64,000 bases of DNA, taken from assembly GCA_002633005.1 (NCBI GenBank), contig NMRA01000299.1:446132-510131 (forward strand), read 5' to 3'. The notes under the pieces were generated by a model that made no database searches, was not told the origin of the DNA, and was given only the letters and a program-made list of their open reading frames with translations. Origin of the DNA: Phoronis australis (Eukaryota > Animalia > Phoronida). Position 1 is the first letter of the stretch; every line of letters starts with the position of its first letter. This document shows positions 62,864 through 64,000 of the stretch, piece after piece. A program made the translations under genes and the position numbers.

Positions 62864-64000
62864 ATGATGTAAGAAATGTGACCATCTTTTGCAGCCACTA
62901 AGTAAAGATTTACTTTTCATGACTTAATTTTTAAAAGGTTTGTATGATCAATTGGAACAAATATCTATGAAGAATTGTTAAAGCCACTGTTAATCATCTA
63001 CTGAGCCAAGTACTCCCCGTTTAGCGATAGTTCAAGGCTAACCGTAACGTCGAAACACACTGTGGTGAAGAACATATGCACTGAAAGTCCCCTTCATTCA
63101 CTATAGCCACCAGCTGAAAAATTCACAAACTTTACCCGAAGCACCAGCTGAAAATCCGCCCACTTCACCAGAGGCATATCCCCCTTCATCAGAGGGACTG
63201 ATAAGTGTTTTTTCTGTCAGTGATTTTGTGGTTGTTAAGTTCCGACGTATTCGTTTCAAGCAAGATGTTCCATCAAAACTGGAATTACGGTGTTAAGCAG
63301 ATAGACCAGAGTCAAAAACGTACTACCGCACCTTCAAAACAGCTAACCAGCCCGAAAAACACAAACTCCGACCTCAAAAACAGAAACCCTGGGGATCGGA
63401 AAGGACACCAAGGACCGAAACACCACTCCCGTACTTGCTTTATTAGTACTCTGTGCTCATACGACTTGCATCAATTTCACATTTTGATGAAACAATAAAT
63501 CTTCTTATTTTAAATAGTTGATGTGATATGTTGTTTCAGACAACTTAGGACCGATTCATAGCAAAAAAAGTGTTGATTTTTAAATCGCGGTTGTGTGTAC
63601 AGTGTGCTAGACATGGTGAACAATGAAAAATGGCATGTGCTTGAGTGTTGGATGCCACAATGGTCACAGAATTCTGAGGGATTATCTACCAAAAAAGCAT
63701 GTGAGTTCAGAAATTCCGATTCCAAATTTAGTGATGATTGAGGAGTTGAAGTAACTCTTCTTGAGGACAAGAACAGTAACGTTGGTGACCACAAATTGCA
63801 CGAGTTTTAAGCAACAAGTCAACACAACGTAAGTTCCATTTTATTATTGTTAATCTTTAACAAATGCAGAAAACAAATGGAAAGTACTAGAAAATGCTCA
63901 GTTTGAGGCTATTGACGTTGTCTTAGAAAATTTGAAAAATTGTCCAGGTTCCCTATTTGATCACTGAGGTTCGTGTTTTAAAAGCCGGGTTTGATTTTCG

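Overview
AT-rich, repeat-dense animal genomic DNA, most likely a marine invertebrate bilaterian (inferred from the transposon repertoire; species cannot be determined). It holds two tandem, spliced, minus-strand paralogues of a medium-chain dehydrogenase/reductase (Zn-ADH-like fold): gene 1 at 7604-18495 (6 coding exons) and gene 2 at 43821-61541 (7 coding exons). Each model gives a 353-aa protein with consistent GT-AG phases. Both keep the NAD-binding GAGGLG...VAD motif but have lost two of the three catalytic-zinc ligands (His to Phe/Tyr, Cys to Ser) and the whole structural-zinc lobe. The rest is mostly decayed mobile DNA: a CR1/L2-group LINE with a DVEENPGP 2A-like motif just before its endonuclease; an ISL2EU-type element (AT TSD, THAP plus SAP/YqaJ); Kolobok-like THAP elements (TTAA TSD); a hAT with an intron-containing transposase remnant and a 5-bp TSD; a pogo-like element with a HIRAN-like remnant; a tRNA-derived SINE with a 12-bp TSD; and several MITEs. 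Helentron-associated (HINE/DINE-1-like) repeats carry periodic CTCF-consensus motifs in one family and nuclear-receptor DR1 motifs in another. There is one assembly gap (2206-2370). All family assignments come from by-eye motif recognition, not database searches.
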